DNA of 64,000 nt from NCBI GenBank assembly GCA_035656635.1, contig DASRSD010000039.1:2083-66082 (forward strand), read 5' to 3'. The notes beneath the pieces are model-generated. The model saw only the letters and a program-made list of their open reading frames with translations, did not search any database and had not been told where the DNA came from. Position numbers and translations under genes: made by a program. This DNA is from Pirellulales bacterium (lineage in GTDB: Bacteria > Planctomycetota > Planctomycetia > Pirellulales > JADZDJ01). This document shows positions 25,400 to 34,227 of the stretch, piece by piece (position 1 is the first letter of the stretch; each line of letters starts with the position of its first letter).

Positions 25400-27895
25400 A
25401 TGAAAAGCTGGATGTTGCGATTAGCGGGCGTGGTGCTGGTGGGTGGAATTGGTACGGCCAGTGTGATCGTGGCTCAACGTCGTTCGGCCACGCAAGATCC
25501 GCCACTGCCCGATTTGTCGCAGGCTCCGGTCAATGCCGACACGGTTGCGGCGATGAGCGGCAATCGCTCCAGCAACGATCGATATCCGCAGCCGGTGGAA
25601 GGCGGCGTCGACGAAGCAGCACCGCGGGCAACGGAACCGAAAGCCAGCGGAAGCCATTCGCCGGTCGATCCGTTTCAAGGTCTTTCGACCAGCGCCGGCG
25701 ACTATCGCTCTCGCGGGAATGACCGCCGGATCGAGAGCGGACATAACAACGAAACTGCTGCGAATGACGCCGTCAGCGATCAAAACGTTGTGCCTGCCGG
25801 CAATGATGAGACGCCAGGCAAACGCACGGCGGGTGCGGAGCCGCATCGGTTGACCGTGGACCCTGGCGCTGCGCCCATCGTGCCGCAATCATCGGCCGGT
25901 CGCGGAACGCTGGAGAATATTCCCGCCGCGAACGAAGTGGGCCCTACCGATCGGCGCGACGCAACTTCTGCCGCCATGGAAAACGGCAATCTGCATTCCA
26001 CCATTCCGCCTGCCCAAAACGGATTGCGCTATGTCGATAGCGGCATGCGCAAGGCCAGCGGAATTGCCACCCCGACAGGAACATTGGAAAACGTGAGCAA
26101 CGATCGCTTCAACGCCGCGTCTGCCACGCCGCCGGTGGTGGGAAATGGATATAACGAACTGCCGCCCAATGCCGGAGATTATCGTCGTCAGCCGGCGACA
26201 AACGATGTGAAAACCATTGATCCAACCACCATCGACAGCTCCGAAGCCGCTTTGGCGCGCGGCATTCCGGCCGGACCGGCTACCGAAAATGGAATGCCCA
26301 CGGGCGGAATGATGGATCGCGGCCTGCCGCCTGCCGGTATTTCTGGCCCGGGTGCAACACGCCAAGGCAACAGCGCGTTTGGCAACGGAATGCCGCCGGT
26401 CGGCGCGGCTGGGCTGGGAAATTCGCAATTCGGCAATGGTTTGCCTCCCGGCGCCAGTGGTGTCGTCGTGGCATCCAACAACGCGGTGAACATCGAAGGC
26501 TTCGGCAAGCCGGGAGATAAAAAACTTGAAGGCGCTCAAACGCCCAGCGTGACAATCCAAAAGACCGCGCCCACGGAAATTCAGGTCGGCAAAGAGGCAA
26601 CGTTTGAAATCGTGGTGCGAAACACCGGGCCGGTGCAGGCCAACGACGTGCAGGTAACCGACGTGGTTCCCCAAGGCACCCGCCTACTGAACACCACTCC
26701 GCGCACCAATATTGGCCCGCGCGGCGAAATTGTGTGGCCAGCCGGCGATTTGAAGCCGGGCGAAGAAGCAAAGCTCCAAGTACAAGTGATGCCGCTGCAA
26801 GAAGGGGAAATTGGCAGCACGGCCGTTGTGCAGTTCCGCTCGGCGGCTTCGATGCGCACCGTCGCCACCAAGCCCGATTTGGTTTTGGAACTGGGCGCTC
26901 CGCAGCAAGTCATGATTGGCGCCGATGCCAAGCTGCAAATCAAAATCAGCAATCCGGGCACGGGGGCGGCAAACAAAGTGATGATTTCGGCACGCATTCC
27001 GCCGAATTTCCAGCACCCTGCCGGAAACGATTTGGAATTTGAAATCGGTCAATTTCGTCCCGGCGAAAGTCGCGATTTAGATCTCGTGCTCCATGCCGTG
27101 CAAGCGGGGCCGGCGATGATCGCGCTGGTGGCGCAGGGCGACGCGAACTTACATGTCGAAAAAACCACCAACCTGGAAGTCGTTGCGCCCCGGCTGGAAG
27201 TGAAGCTGGCCGGACCCGGCATGCGGTATTTAGATCGCCAGGCAAAATACACGGTAACCGTGGGCAACCCTGGCACGGCCCCGGCCCGCGATATTACGCT
27301 CGTCACCCATTTGCCCAAGGGTTTGCAATTCGTCGAAGCGTCTGACTCCGGCCAGTATGACACTAGCAGCAACAGCATCAGTTGGGCACTAGATGAATTG
27401 CCTCCCGGCCAGTCGGGCAACGTGACCGTAACCGCTGTGGCTAAGGAGCCCGGCGATCAAAAACTCCGCAGCGAGGTGAAGGCCACCGGTGGGTTGACCG
27501 ACGCCAGCGAGCAGGTGACAGTCGTCGAAGGCGTGGCGGCCGTGAATTTTACCGTGGCCCATTTGGAAGACCCGGTGGAAGTTGGCGGGCAAGCAACCTA
27601 CGAAATTCACATCGTCAATCAGGGTTCCAAAGCCGCCAATCGCTTGCAGGTAATGGCCGTGCTGCCGCCGGAAATCAAACCCGTTAGCGGTGAGGGCCCC
27701 TCGCGGCAGGCAATCGAAGGACAACGCATCGCCTTCGAGCCGCTCGCCCGGTTGGCTCCCAAAGCCGACGTAACTTACCGCGTGGTCGGGCAGTGCTTGG
27801 CGCCCGGCGATTTGCGCGTCCAGGTGCTGCTGCAAACCGACGACATGGCCAAACCCGTCGTCAAGGAAGAAGGAACGCGGGTTTATAAGGACTGA
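25400..27895 (+). CDS. large secreted/anchored protein with DUF11 (conserved repeat) domains
   Basis: The start is set at ATG 25400 (AAGGAAG upstream) with signal anchor MKSWMLRLAGVVLVGGIGTASVIV. A ~400-aa low-complexity N-terminal half is followed by repeated units such as KTAPTEIQVGKEATFEIVVRNTGPVQANDVQVTDVVPQG and YTVTVGNPGTAPARDITLVTHLPKGL. Confidence 0.65.
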   Translation: MKSWMLRLAGVVLVGGIGTASVIVAQRRSATQDPPLPDLSQAPVNADTVAAMSGNRSSNDRYPQPVEGGVDEAAPRATEPKASGSHSPVDPFQGLSTSAGDYRSRGNDRRIESGHNNETAANDAVSDQNVVPAGNDETPGKRTAGAEPHRLTVDPGAAPIVPQSSAGRGTLENIPAANEVGPTDRRDATSAAMENGNLHSTIPPAQNGLRYVDSGMRKASGIATPTGTLENVSNDRFNAASATPPVVGNGYNELPPNAGDYRRQPATNDVKTIDPTTIDSSEAALARGIPAGPATENGMPTGGMMDRGLPPAGISGPGATRQGNSAFGNGMPPVGAAGLGNSQFGNGLPPGASGVVVASNNAVNIEGFGKPGDKKLEGAQTPSVTIQKTAPTEIQVGKEATFEIVVRNTGPVQANDVQVTDVVPQGTRLLNTTPRTNIGPRGEIVWPAGDLKPGEEAKLQVQVMPLQEGEIGSTAVVQFRSAASMRTVATKPDLVLELGAPQQVMIGADAKLQIKISNPGTGAANKVMISARIPPNFQHPAGNDLEFEIGQFRPGESRDLDLVLHAVQAGPAMIALVAQGDANLHVEKTTNLEVVAPRLEVKLAGPGMRYLDRQAKYTVTVGNPGTAPARDITLVTHLPKGLQFVEASDSGQYDTSSNSISWALDELPPGQSGNVTVTAVAKEPGDQKLRSEVKATGGLTDASEQVTVVEGVAAVNFTVAHLEDPVEVGGQATYEIHIVNQGSKAANRLQVMAVLPPEIKPVSGEGPSRQAIEGQRIAFEPLARLAPKADVTYRVVGQCLAPGDLRVQVLLQTDDMAKPVVKEEGTRVYKD

Positions 27896-27916
27896 GCTGC
27901 CGCCCGCTGCCAGCAG

Positions 27917-29329
27917 CTACTGCACCACTGCATTGCCGCGGCTGAAATCGAAGAAGGTGCTAAACGGCAGCACGGAATACAGGCCACGGGTGAAGTATAA
28001 ATTCACCAAATCGTCGACGATTAAAATCGGCGATTTCGGCACCATGACAATGTCGCTGTCGTCGAGCCAAATTTCTCCGCACGGGCAAGGTTGACGATTG
28101 CATAACATGGTGCTTTGCATGTGAACCACCGTGGCCATCAGCCGCCAATCGTCGCCGCGGCGAAAAATGGCAATCTCGCGCAAATTCGCGCCGATTTTCC
28201 AACTGCCCGCCATGCTTATGGCCTGCATTAACGTGGTGGGGCCTTCCATGCTGTAACGGCCGGGCGTGTTCACTTCGCCAAACACGAATACATAACGCGG
28301 CGCCCGTTGCGTGAGAATGGGCGTAACTTCCATTCCTTGAATGCCCAATTGTTCTTTGTAGCGCAAATCGATTTCCAACTTCAGTTCGTCCAGCGTTAAC
28401 CCTTGCGCCGGAATGTTGTTCAAGCCGGGCAGGTCAATCGTGCCTTGTGGCGTAACCTTGGCGGACCGTTCTTGGCCCCCCTGCCCTGCCCGAGCGTCAA
28501 CCGTGGCCCGCAAATCGTCTAACTTGGTGTTCACCTTGATCGGCGTAACGGTAATCGCGGGCTGCTTGTAATACTTTGAATACAAGTCGTCGAGCTTGGT
28601 ACGCAGCTCTTGCACAGTCATGGTGGCGGCTCGCACTTCTCCCAGCAAACGGAGCGTGACGGTGCCATCGGGCTGAATGACCAGCTCGCGATTCAAGTTG
28701 GAATCGGTGAACGATTCGACCTGAACCACATCGCCCACGTTTAACCGGTACGGATCGGTTTCTACGTCACGGGTAATGCGATAAACGCACTCCAACACGT
28801 CGTCCACACGGAGGCGGTACACCGGCACGTGCGGCTCACGCCAGTGGCCGACATATTCTCCTTGGGCATAGGCTTGCCAATCGATGGGCCCCATCGCCTT
28901 CCAGCCCTTTGTCTTGCAGCAGCAACCGCACGGCCCGCACAAAGCGCAATCGACACCCATAATCGGGCACGGCGCCGCCGGACCCAGCGCTTGGCAAAGC
29001 TGAATGGCGGTCGCGGTGTGAGGCGTTTGGGGCTGGCGTAAATCGATCGTGTACTGCTCGGTCCACGTTGAAGGATCGATCTTTAGCGGCTGCTCAGACT
29101 CCTGCCTGCTCAGCACTGGCAAATTGGATACCGCCGCATTCGATACCGCCAAGTTCCCTGTTGACGAGCATGATGCAGAATGAATTGGGCGACGATCCGC
29201 GCCATCGCCAATGGGGCGCAGCAACCAGGCGCATGCGCACAGCAAGGCGGCTCCGGCCACGAAGCGCCGCCGCTGGATTGCAGTTTGTGATCTGTTTTCG
29301 ATCGTCGTTGTCATCAATTTCATAGACAT
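27917..29329 (-). CDS. polysaccharide export protein (Wza-like: Poly_export + SLBB domains) with N-terminal Cys cluster
   Basis: YRLNVGDVVQVESFTDSNLNRELVIQPDGTVTLRLLGEVRAATMTVQELRTKL..YKQPAITVTP (Poly_export). VFVFGEVNTPGRYSMEGPTTLMQAISMAGS (SLBB). Preceded by CPIMGVDCALCGPCGCCCK. Confidence 0.8.
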   Translation of the reverse strand: MSMKLMTTTIENRSQTAIQRRRFVAGAALLCACAWLLRPIGDGADRRPIHSASCSSTGNLAVSNAAVSNLPVLSRQESEQPLKIDPSTWTEQYTIDLRQPQTPHTATAIQLCQALGPAAPCPIMGVDCALCGPCGCCCKTKGWKAMGPIDWQAYAQGEYVGHWREPHVPVYRLRVDDVLECVYRITRDVETDPYRLNVGDVVQVESFTDSNLNRELVIQPDGTVTLRLLGEVRAATMTVQELRTKLDDLYSKYYKQPAITVTPIKVNTKLDDLRATVDARAGQGGQERSAKVTPQGTIDLPGLNNIPAQGLTLDELKLEIDLRYKEQLGIQGMEVTPILTQRAPRYVFVFGEVNTPGRYSMEGPTTLMQAISMAGSWKIGANLREIAIFRRGDDWRLMATVVHMQSTMLCNRQPCPCGEIWLDDSDIVMVPKSPILIVDDLVNLYFTRGLYSVLPFSTFFDFSRGNAVVQ

Positions 29330-29396
29330 AATCTTTCGCTATGTCCGGCGCCGGCTGGCCGCGTGAAATATGTTTTGTCGCTGCGGATGGCAACGC

Positions 29397-31004
29397 CTAT
29401 CGCAACCATGGCCAAATGCCGCCTTTGGCTTGTGGCTTGGCGGCTGTCGCCGTCGGCGGTGTTGAATTGGTGGCCGCGTTGGGCGCCGTGGCGCTGGTGG
29501 GGGCGGCAGTGGCGGTGCTGGTCGAACCGGCATCGGCCACCAGCGAGCTGGTGCCGGCAAACGCGGTTGGATCCAGCCATTCAATGGGGTATTTCGTGCC
29601 GGCGCTGGCATAGCCGTCTTTTTGCAATCGCGCTACCGCAATTTCCGCCTGCCGGCGGGCCTCGGTGGCGTGGGCGGCATCGCTCATTTCGTCGCAAACC
29701 GCCGCCAGGTTGCGCCATTCGGTCGGGCCGGCCGACATCGCCACGGCCTGCTCCAGCGTGGCGCGGGCTTCCGGCAGCTTGCCAAAGTGCGCCAGCAATA
29801 CGCCCAGCTCGTTGGCAGCCAGAAAGTTTTTGGGCTCAACCATGACGGCGGCCTGATGATAGACCACGGCCTTCGCTTCGGCGATTTGCTCCCGCGGGCC
29901 GTGCATTTCGGCCGGCACGGTGCAAATTTTACCTAGCCCCAATAGCGCCAAGGATGCCACCGGCTGATCGCCCCCGGCTGCGGCCAGTTGCTCCTGGGCA
30001 TAGGCTAAATACATCCGCTGCGCGTCGAGGACCGCCATGTTTTCTAGGATCTGATTTTTCAACACCGGCGTGCGGTGGGAATCAACGTACAGTTGCAGGT
30101 TCAAATTCGGTTCCAGTTGCGCGCTGTGTGGCACAAAATCGTCGACTTCCTCCAGCGCTCGCAATCCGGCGCTGAGGGCACGCAGATGGGCATTGGTGTT
30201 GCGCTGCGTATCTTGCGCGGCGGCTAAAATGCGCAGCGATTCGATAAATTGCGCTCGGGCGGAATACAGCGCTCCGCGCTCGGCCAGGTTGAATCCGCGG
30301 CGGGCTGCTTCCTCGGCCCGCCCGCAAATCGCCGCCATTTCCGGCGATGCTGCGCTGGGCCCCCAAGGCAAAGAGACACTTGTTGCGGCCAGCTCGACCA
30401 GCGGCGCCGGCTCCGGTTGCTCGTTGGTTTTCGCAACCGCGGCAGTTATCGTCGGGCTGGCCGAAGGCGCGGCGGGAACAAGCTGCTTTACAGGCAGCGC
30501 GGCATAGGTCTCGCTGGCGGGCGAAGCTGCTTCCCGCGCCACTTCGGTTCTGCGCTGGGCGGTGACTCCAAATTGCCCCACGTCGGAAGAGCTGCGCTCC
30601 TCGGATTTGTGGATCACCTTGCTGGCAACGGGAGCTTCCGAGGAGGCCAGAGTGCCGGGATTCGTTGGTGCAGCAGCGGGCGACGCGCCAGAGCCGGCTT
30701 CCACCGCCGCTTCCGAATCCGCTCCGTCTGAATCCGCCGCGTCGTCCGAGTCGCCTTCCGCAGCGGCAGCCGTATCTTTTGTCGAACCTGTGTCGGCAAA
30801 TATGGCCGGCTGGTTCGCGCATTCCAGCCGCGGGGGCTGTGTTAGCTGGCCAACTCCAATGCACTCCCCCGACAACGGCGTCGGCAGGCGTGCTTCCGGT
30901 GAAGGCGCAGACGAGCGCTGCTCACAGCCGCACGATACGGCCAGCATCAGGCAGGCACAACAAAACAGAGTGCGCAAATCAACTGCGCGACGTGTGCGAT
31001 CCAT
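29397..31004 (-). CDS. lipoprotein with Ala/Ser/Pro-rich linker and C-terminal TPR-like helical repeats
   Basis: Lipobox LAVSCG. Long low-complexity region. Helical repeats include AYAQEQLAAAG, EAKAVVYHQAAVMVEPKNFLAANELGVLLAHFGKLPEARATLEQAV. Confidence 0.55.
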   Translation of the reverse strand: MDRTRRAVDLRTLFCCACLMLAVSCGCEQRSSAPSPEARLPTPLSGECIGVGQLTQPPRLECANQPAIFADTGSTKDTAAAAEGDSDDAADSDGADSEAAVEAGSGASPAAAPTNPGTLASSEAPVASKVIHKSEERSSSDVGQFGVTAQRRTEVAREAASPASETYAALPVKQLVPAAPSASPTITAAVAKTNEQPEPAPLVELAATSVSLPWGPSAASPEMAAICGRAEEAARRGFNLAERGALYSARAQFIESLRILAAAQDTQRNTNAHLRALSAGLRALEEVDDFVPHSAQLEPNLNLQLYVDSHRTPVLKNQILENMAVLDAQRMYLAYAQEQLAAAGGDQPVASLALLGLGKICTVPAEMHGPREQIAEAKAVVYHQAAVMVEPKNFLAANELGVLLAHFGKLPEARATLEQAVAMSAGPTEWRNLAAVCDEMSDAAHATEARRQAEIAVARLQKDGYASAGTKYPIEWLDPTAFAGTSSLVADAGSTSTATAAPTSATAPNAATNSTPPTATAAKPQAKGGIWPWLR

Positions 31005-31265
31005 CGTTCATCCGTGAAGTAACTACCGTGATGCATCCATACGGCCTGTAGCGGGCCGGCTCAACGGTGTTAATAGCTCGAATCGACCGACCGGAGCGGT
31101 TAGATTCAACAATCCGGCCGTATCGACCAGCGCTGGGCGCACAGGCTCCCGGACAGCCGACACAGGCCGTTTTGCTTACGAACTTGGGGCAGCAGAAGGG
31201 TCACGCACGGAGTGCCTTGCCCAGCGGGCACTAAACGCATAACCGGTAGGCTTTGCCAAGGGAGA

Positions 31266-32153
31266 TTACTGTTTCACAGGGGAAAGCTTTCCGGCGGCAT
31301 TTAAACCCGCCGCTGTCCACGCTTGGGCTAAACGCTCGCCGGCCGTGCGGACAATTTGCTCGCGCTTCATCCCCTTTATGCCAGGCTGGCCGACCGCCGG
31401 GGTGATGGGGCCATCGTAGCCCAACTCGGCCAACGACACTAATACCGCCGGAAAATCGATCGTCCCGGTTTCGCCCACCAGCAGCCGATCGCTTTGCTCG
31501 CAATCGGCGGCGGGTTTGTCGGCCGGCGCATCCGAAACGATGACCGATATAATTTTTTCCGCGCCCAGCTTGCTCACCTCTGAAAAATTGCTGCCCACAA
31601 CATGCAGCTCAAACAAATCGGCGACCACGCCCACATTGGTGGCGCGAATCATCCCCACCAACGTGGCCAGTGCGTCAAACGTGTGGATAAATTGAAAGGC
31701 ACGATCTTTCCGCAGCTCCGGCGCAGAGCGAAACTCCATCCCCAACTTCATCCGCCGGGCCCCCAATAGCTCGCCCACTTCGGCCAAGCGGCGGCGATGA
31801 AATTCAAAGTTCTCGTGATAAGGACGCAAGTCGTTGGCGGGGGCAATTGCCGTGACCGCCCGCGTTAATCCCAAATCGGCGGCCAGCGTCAGCAACTCGT
31901 CGGCGGCGGCCAGGCTCGATTTATAAACGTCGTCATCTTCGTCCCAAACCACCGGCAAACGGAAGGCGCCCAGCTTCAACCGGGCGCTATCGATTAGCCG
32001 GCGGGCATGCGGCAGTCCGTACGAGTTGACCGTTTGCAGAAACTCCACCAGATCGAGATCGATGCCTTTAAAGCCATACGACAGCGATAGTTCGATGATC
32101 TCACTTTGCCGGCCAGTAATGCATAATGCGGCCGGACTCAAATTTCGGAACAT
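31266..32153 (-). CDS. sugar phosphate isomerase/epimerase (xylose-isomerase-like TIM barrel)
   Basis: The start is set at MFRNLSP. Pattern GFKGIDLDL.., RLPVVWD, TAIAP.., MKLGMEF, HVVGSN, GPITPAV is consistent with the AP_endonuc_2/TIM-barrel family. Substrate unknown. Confidence 0.65.
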   Translation of the reverse strand: MFRNLSPAALCITGRQSEIIELSLSYGFKGIDLDLVEFLQTVNSYGLPHARRLIDSARLKLGAFRLPVVWDEDDDVYKSSLAAADELLTLAADLGLTRAVTAIAPANDLRPYHENFEFHRRRLAEVGELLGARRMKLGMEFRSAPELRKDRAFQFIHTFDALATLVGMIRATNVGVVADLFELHVVGSNFSEVSKLGAEKIISVIVSDAPADKPAADCEQSDRLLVGETGTIDFPAVLVSLAELGYDGPITPAVGQPGIKGMKREQIVRTAGERLAQAWTAAGLNAAGKLSPVKQ

Positions 32154-32518
32154 GCGGCAAGCCTCGAAGAAAATTCCTAACGCCCCCGGGAGAAGCATGG
32201 GCTATGGACGCGTTGGCCATCCGCAGCTGGTGCTTGAAGCGGTTGATTATGGCAAATCGACAGAGAATTTTGAAGGGCCGCACACAGCCGGGTAGTGATG
32301 CATTTTGAAGTGAACTGCATTGGGTGGCCTGGGTCGAGTGCCTCCGAGCCCTCGGAATGCTGCCCGCTGGGGGCTCCCTTCGGTCGACCCCAGCCACCCA
32401 GCGGAAGCAAAGTGCATCACCACCCACAGCCGCCGCAGCAGTTCCCGGGAAACTGCTATCAGTTTTAGAGAGAATTTTGCGCAGCGCGACTCAAAACTGT
32501 GGTAGCGGGGCGATAAGT

Positions 32519-34129
32519 TCAAGCTTCGAGCAGGATCAAAGCAGCGCTGGCATGGGGCAGGTTGAGCGATAAGCCCTCGGCCGCAGCCGACGACAAGTTT
32601 TCTGGAGCCGAAGGCGTCCAACCCGCTGCAGACATTCCCGAGCCGCACAAGGTTACGTCCGACGTAGAATCGAGCGCCGGGGCAACCAGCCGCCACACCG
32701 TGGCCTGCTGGGAAGGGATGCCACGCAAGGCGAGCTGTACATTGCGCGTTTCGTCTTTGTTGAATACGGCGATCCGTAGCTTGCCATCTTTTTCCACCGC
32801 ATACGCCGTGACATTGGCGCCATCCAGACCGTTCAGCGTGACAGCGTGCGTGTTGCCGCCGGCCAGTTGGTTGGCTAGAAACATGCCGTAGAAGATGGGA
32901 CGCGCGGAGAAGCCGGATGCCACTTCGCCATCGATCGGCGTGTAATAGCCCCCCTTCGCCGCGCTGCCGGCCTTGGAAACCAGTTCGCCCGGCATGTGAT
33001 CGCCCAGCGAAGCCCGTAAAAATTCTCGGCTGCCGCCGTGCAAGTTCACCCCCGCGCAACCTGCGGTGGCCAGGGCCAACATGTAATCGCCGGCCCACAG
33101 CGCCGAGGCAAAGGCATCGCTCATGCCGGGCTTGCCGCCGCGATAGCAGGAGTTGCCTTCGGTCATGCGATAGACCACATGATCTTTGGCTGCGGCCTCG
33201 GCGATCAACTGGGTGCGCTTGGCAATGTTGGAATCGGTATGCAGCAGCCGCTTGGTGGTGACTTTGGGATCATCCGGCGGCCCTTCGGCGTAATAGTGCC
33301 CGGTAACGGCCATTAAACGCGAACCAAGATTTTTCGCCGCGCCGGCGAGGAACTGGTTGATCCAGTTGGAGCTGGAGCCGACATCGGGCCCGCCGAAGCG
33401 GGCGTCGGGAACACGCGCGGTGACGGCATCGGCAAAGGCGGTCCACTCGGTCAAATAATCGGCGAAGCTCCAATTCGGCGGCCGCGTTTTGTTGTTGGCG
33501 TTGTGATAGAAATCGGGCTCGTTGCCAATTTGAAAATAGAGCAGCTTGTCCCCCACGGCGTGCGCGACATACTCGGCTTCCTTTACGGCGCGCTCCGGCG
33601 AGCTGTGCCCCAAGTTCAGCCCGTAAATGACTTGCCAACCGGAGGCATGCAGGAACCCTGCCAGTCGATCGACGGCCTCGGGATTGATTTGAAACAGCTT
33701 ATTCGGCATCCAGTTTTCCGCCACCGGTCCGCCGGCGGGAACGATTCCCGGGGCGAGGGTAGAAGCATCGGCCTTGAACCAGCAGAACTCGCTGCTATTG
33801 CCCCCCAGGCGCAAAATGCCCTGTGGGCTTAACAACCGAAATAGCGCGATTAGTTCCTTGTTGGCGCCGGAGAAAAAGTTGGGATTGCTAAGCTGCGCCA
33901 GCTCGTAACTGAGCCCGTTGTAGGTGAGCGGAATTAAATGCGACGGCGACTGCAAATCGACAACCAGCTCCGCGGCAACGGGTGCATTTGCTTCGGACTG
34001 GCTTGCTCCGCTGCCCTCCGGCAGGGGTTGCTTGGCCGAGGAATCGGCCGATTGGGCAAAGCAACTGCGGAAACCGGCGGCGCCAATTGCCGCCGACGTG
34101 GAATGAATGAGAAACCGCCGACGATCCAT
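32519..34129 (-). CDS. glycoside hydrolase, GH79-like (beta-glucuronidase/heparanase-type clan A)
   Basis: Tat signal MDRRRFLIHSTSAAIGAAG. LRLGGNSSEF. Acid/base motif YFQIGNEPDFY. Nucleophile-type motif VYRMTEGNSCY about 115 aa later. C-terminal beta-sandwich-like tail. Confidence 0.62.
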   Translation of the reverse strand: MDRRRFLIHSTSAAIGAAGFRSCFAQSADSSAKQPLPEGSGASQSEANAPVAAELVVDLQSPSHLIPLTYNGLSYELAQLSNPNFFSGANKELIALFRLLSPQGILRLGGNSSEFCWFKADASTLAPGIVPAGGPVAENWMPNKLFQINPEAVDRLAGFLHASGWQVIYGLNLGHSSPERAVKEAEYVAHAVGDKLLYFQIGNEPDFYHNANNKTRPPNWSFADYLTEWTAFADAVTARVPDARFGGPDVGSSSNWINQFLAGAAKNLGSRLMAVTGHYYAEGPPDDPKVTTKRLLHTDSNIAKRTQLIAEAAAKDHVVYRMTEGNSCYRGGKPGMSDAFASALWAGDYMLALATAGCAGVNLHGGSREFLRASLGDHMPGELVSKAGSAAKGGYYTPIDGEVASGFSARPIFYGMFLANQLAGGNTHAVTLNGLDGANVTAYAVEKDGKLRIAVFNKDETRNVQLALRGIPSQQATVWRLVAPALDSTSDVTLCGSGMSAAGWTPSAPENLSSAAAEGLSLNLPHASAALILLEA

Positions 34130-34227
34130 GGATTTGCCCGATCGGAAAAAGAAACTCGCTGGAAAATCAATACGCCAGACTGCTTCACAACACTTCACGC
34201 AGCCGCCCGGACGCCCTGTGCCAATTC

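Noticed and set aside
25421-27835. Minus-strand ORFs overlapping the DUF11 gene (25889..26674, 26280..26771, 26581..26997, 27389..27835).
   Set aside because: These are overlapping, mutually exclusive frames with low-complexity Arg/Ala/Gly composition. The plus-strand ORF shows repeated DUF11-type units.
29341-31051. Plus- and minus-frame ORFs overlapping the TPR lipoprotein gene (30082..30864, 30249..30731, 30562..31017 and others).
   Set aside because: The Ala/Pro/Ser-rich linker region keeps several frames open. Only the 29397..31004 frame has a lipoprotein signal and a coherent helical C-terminal domain.
32247-33098. 283-aa minus ORF overlapping the 3' half of the GH79-like gene and the upstream gap.
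   Set aside because: It is in a different frame from the GH79 ORF, which carries the NEP and TEGNS catalytic motifs. Its composition is Arg/Gly-rich.
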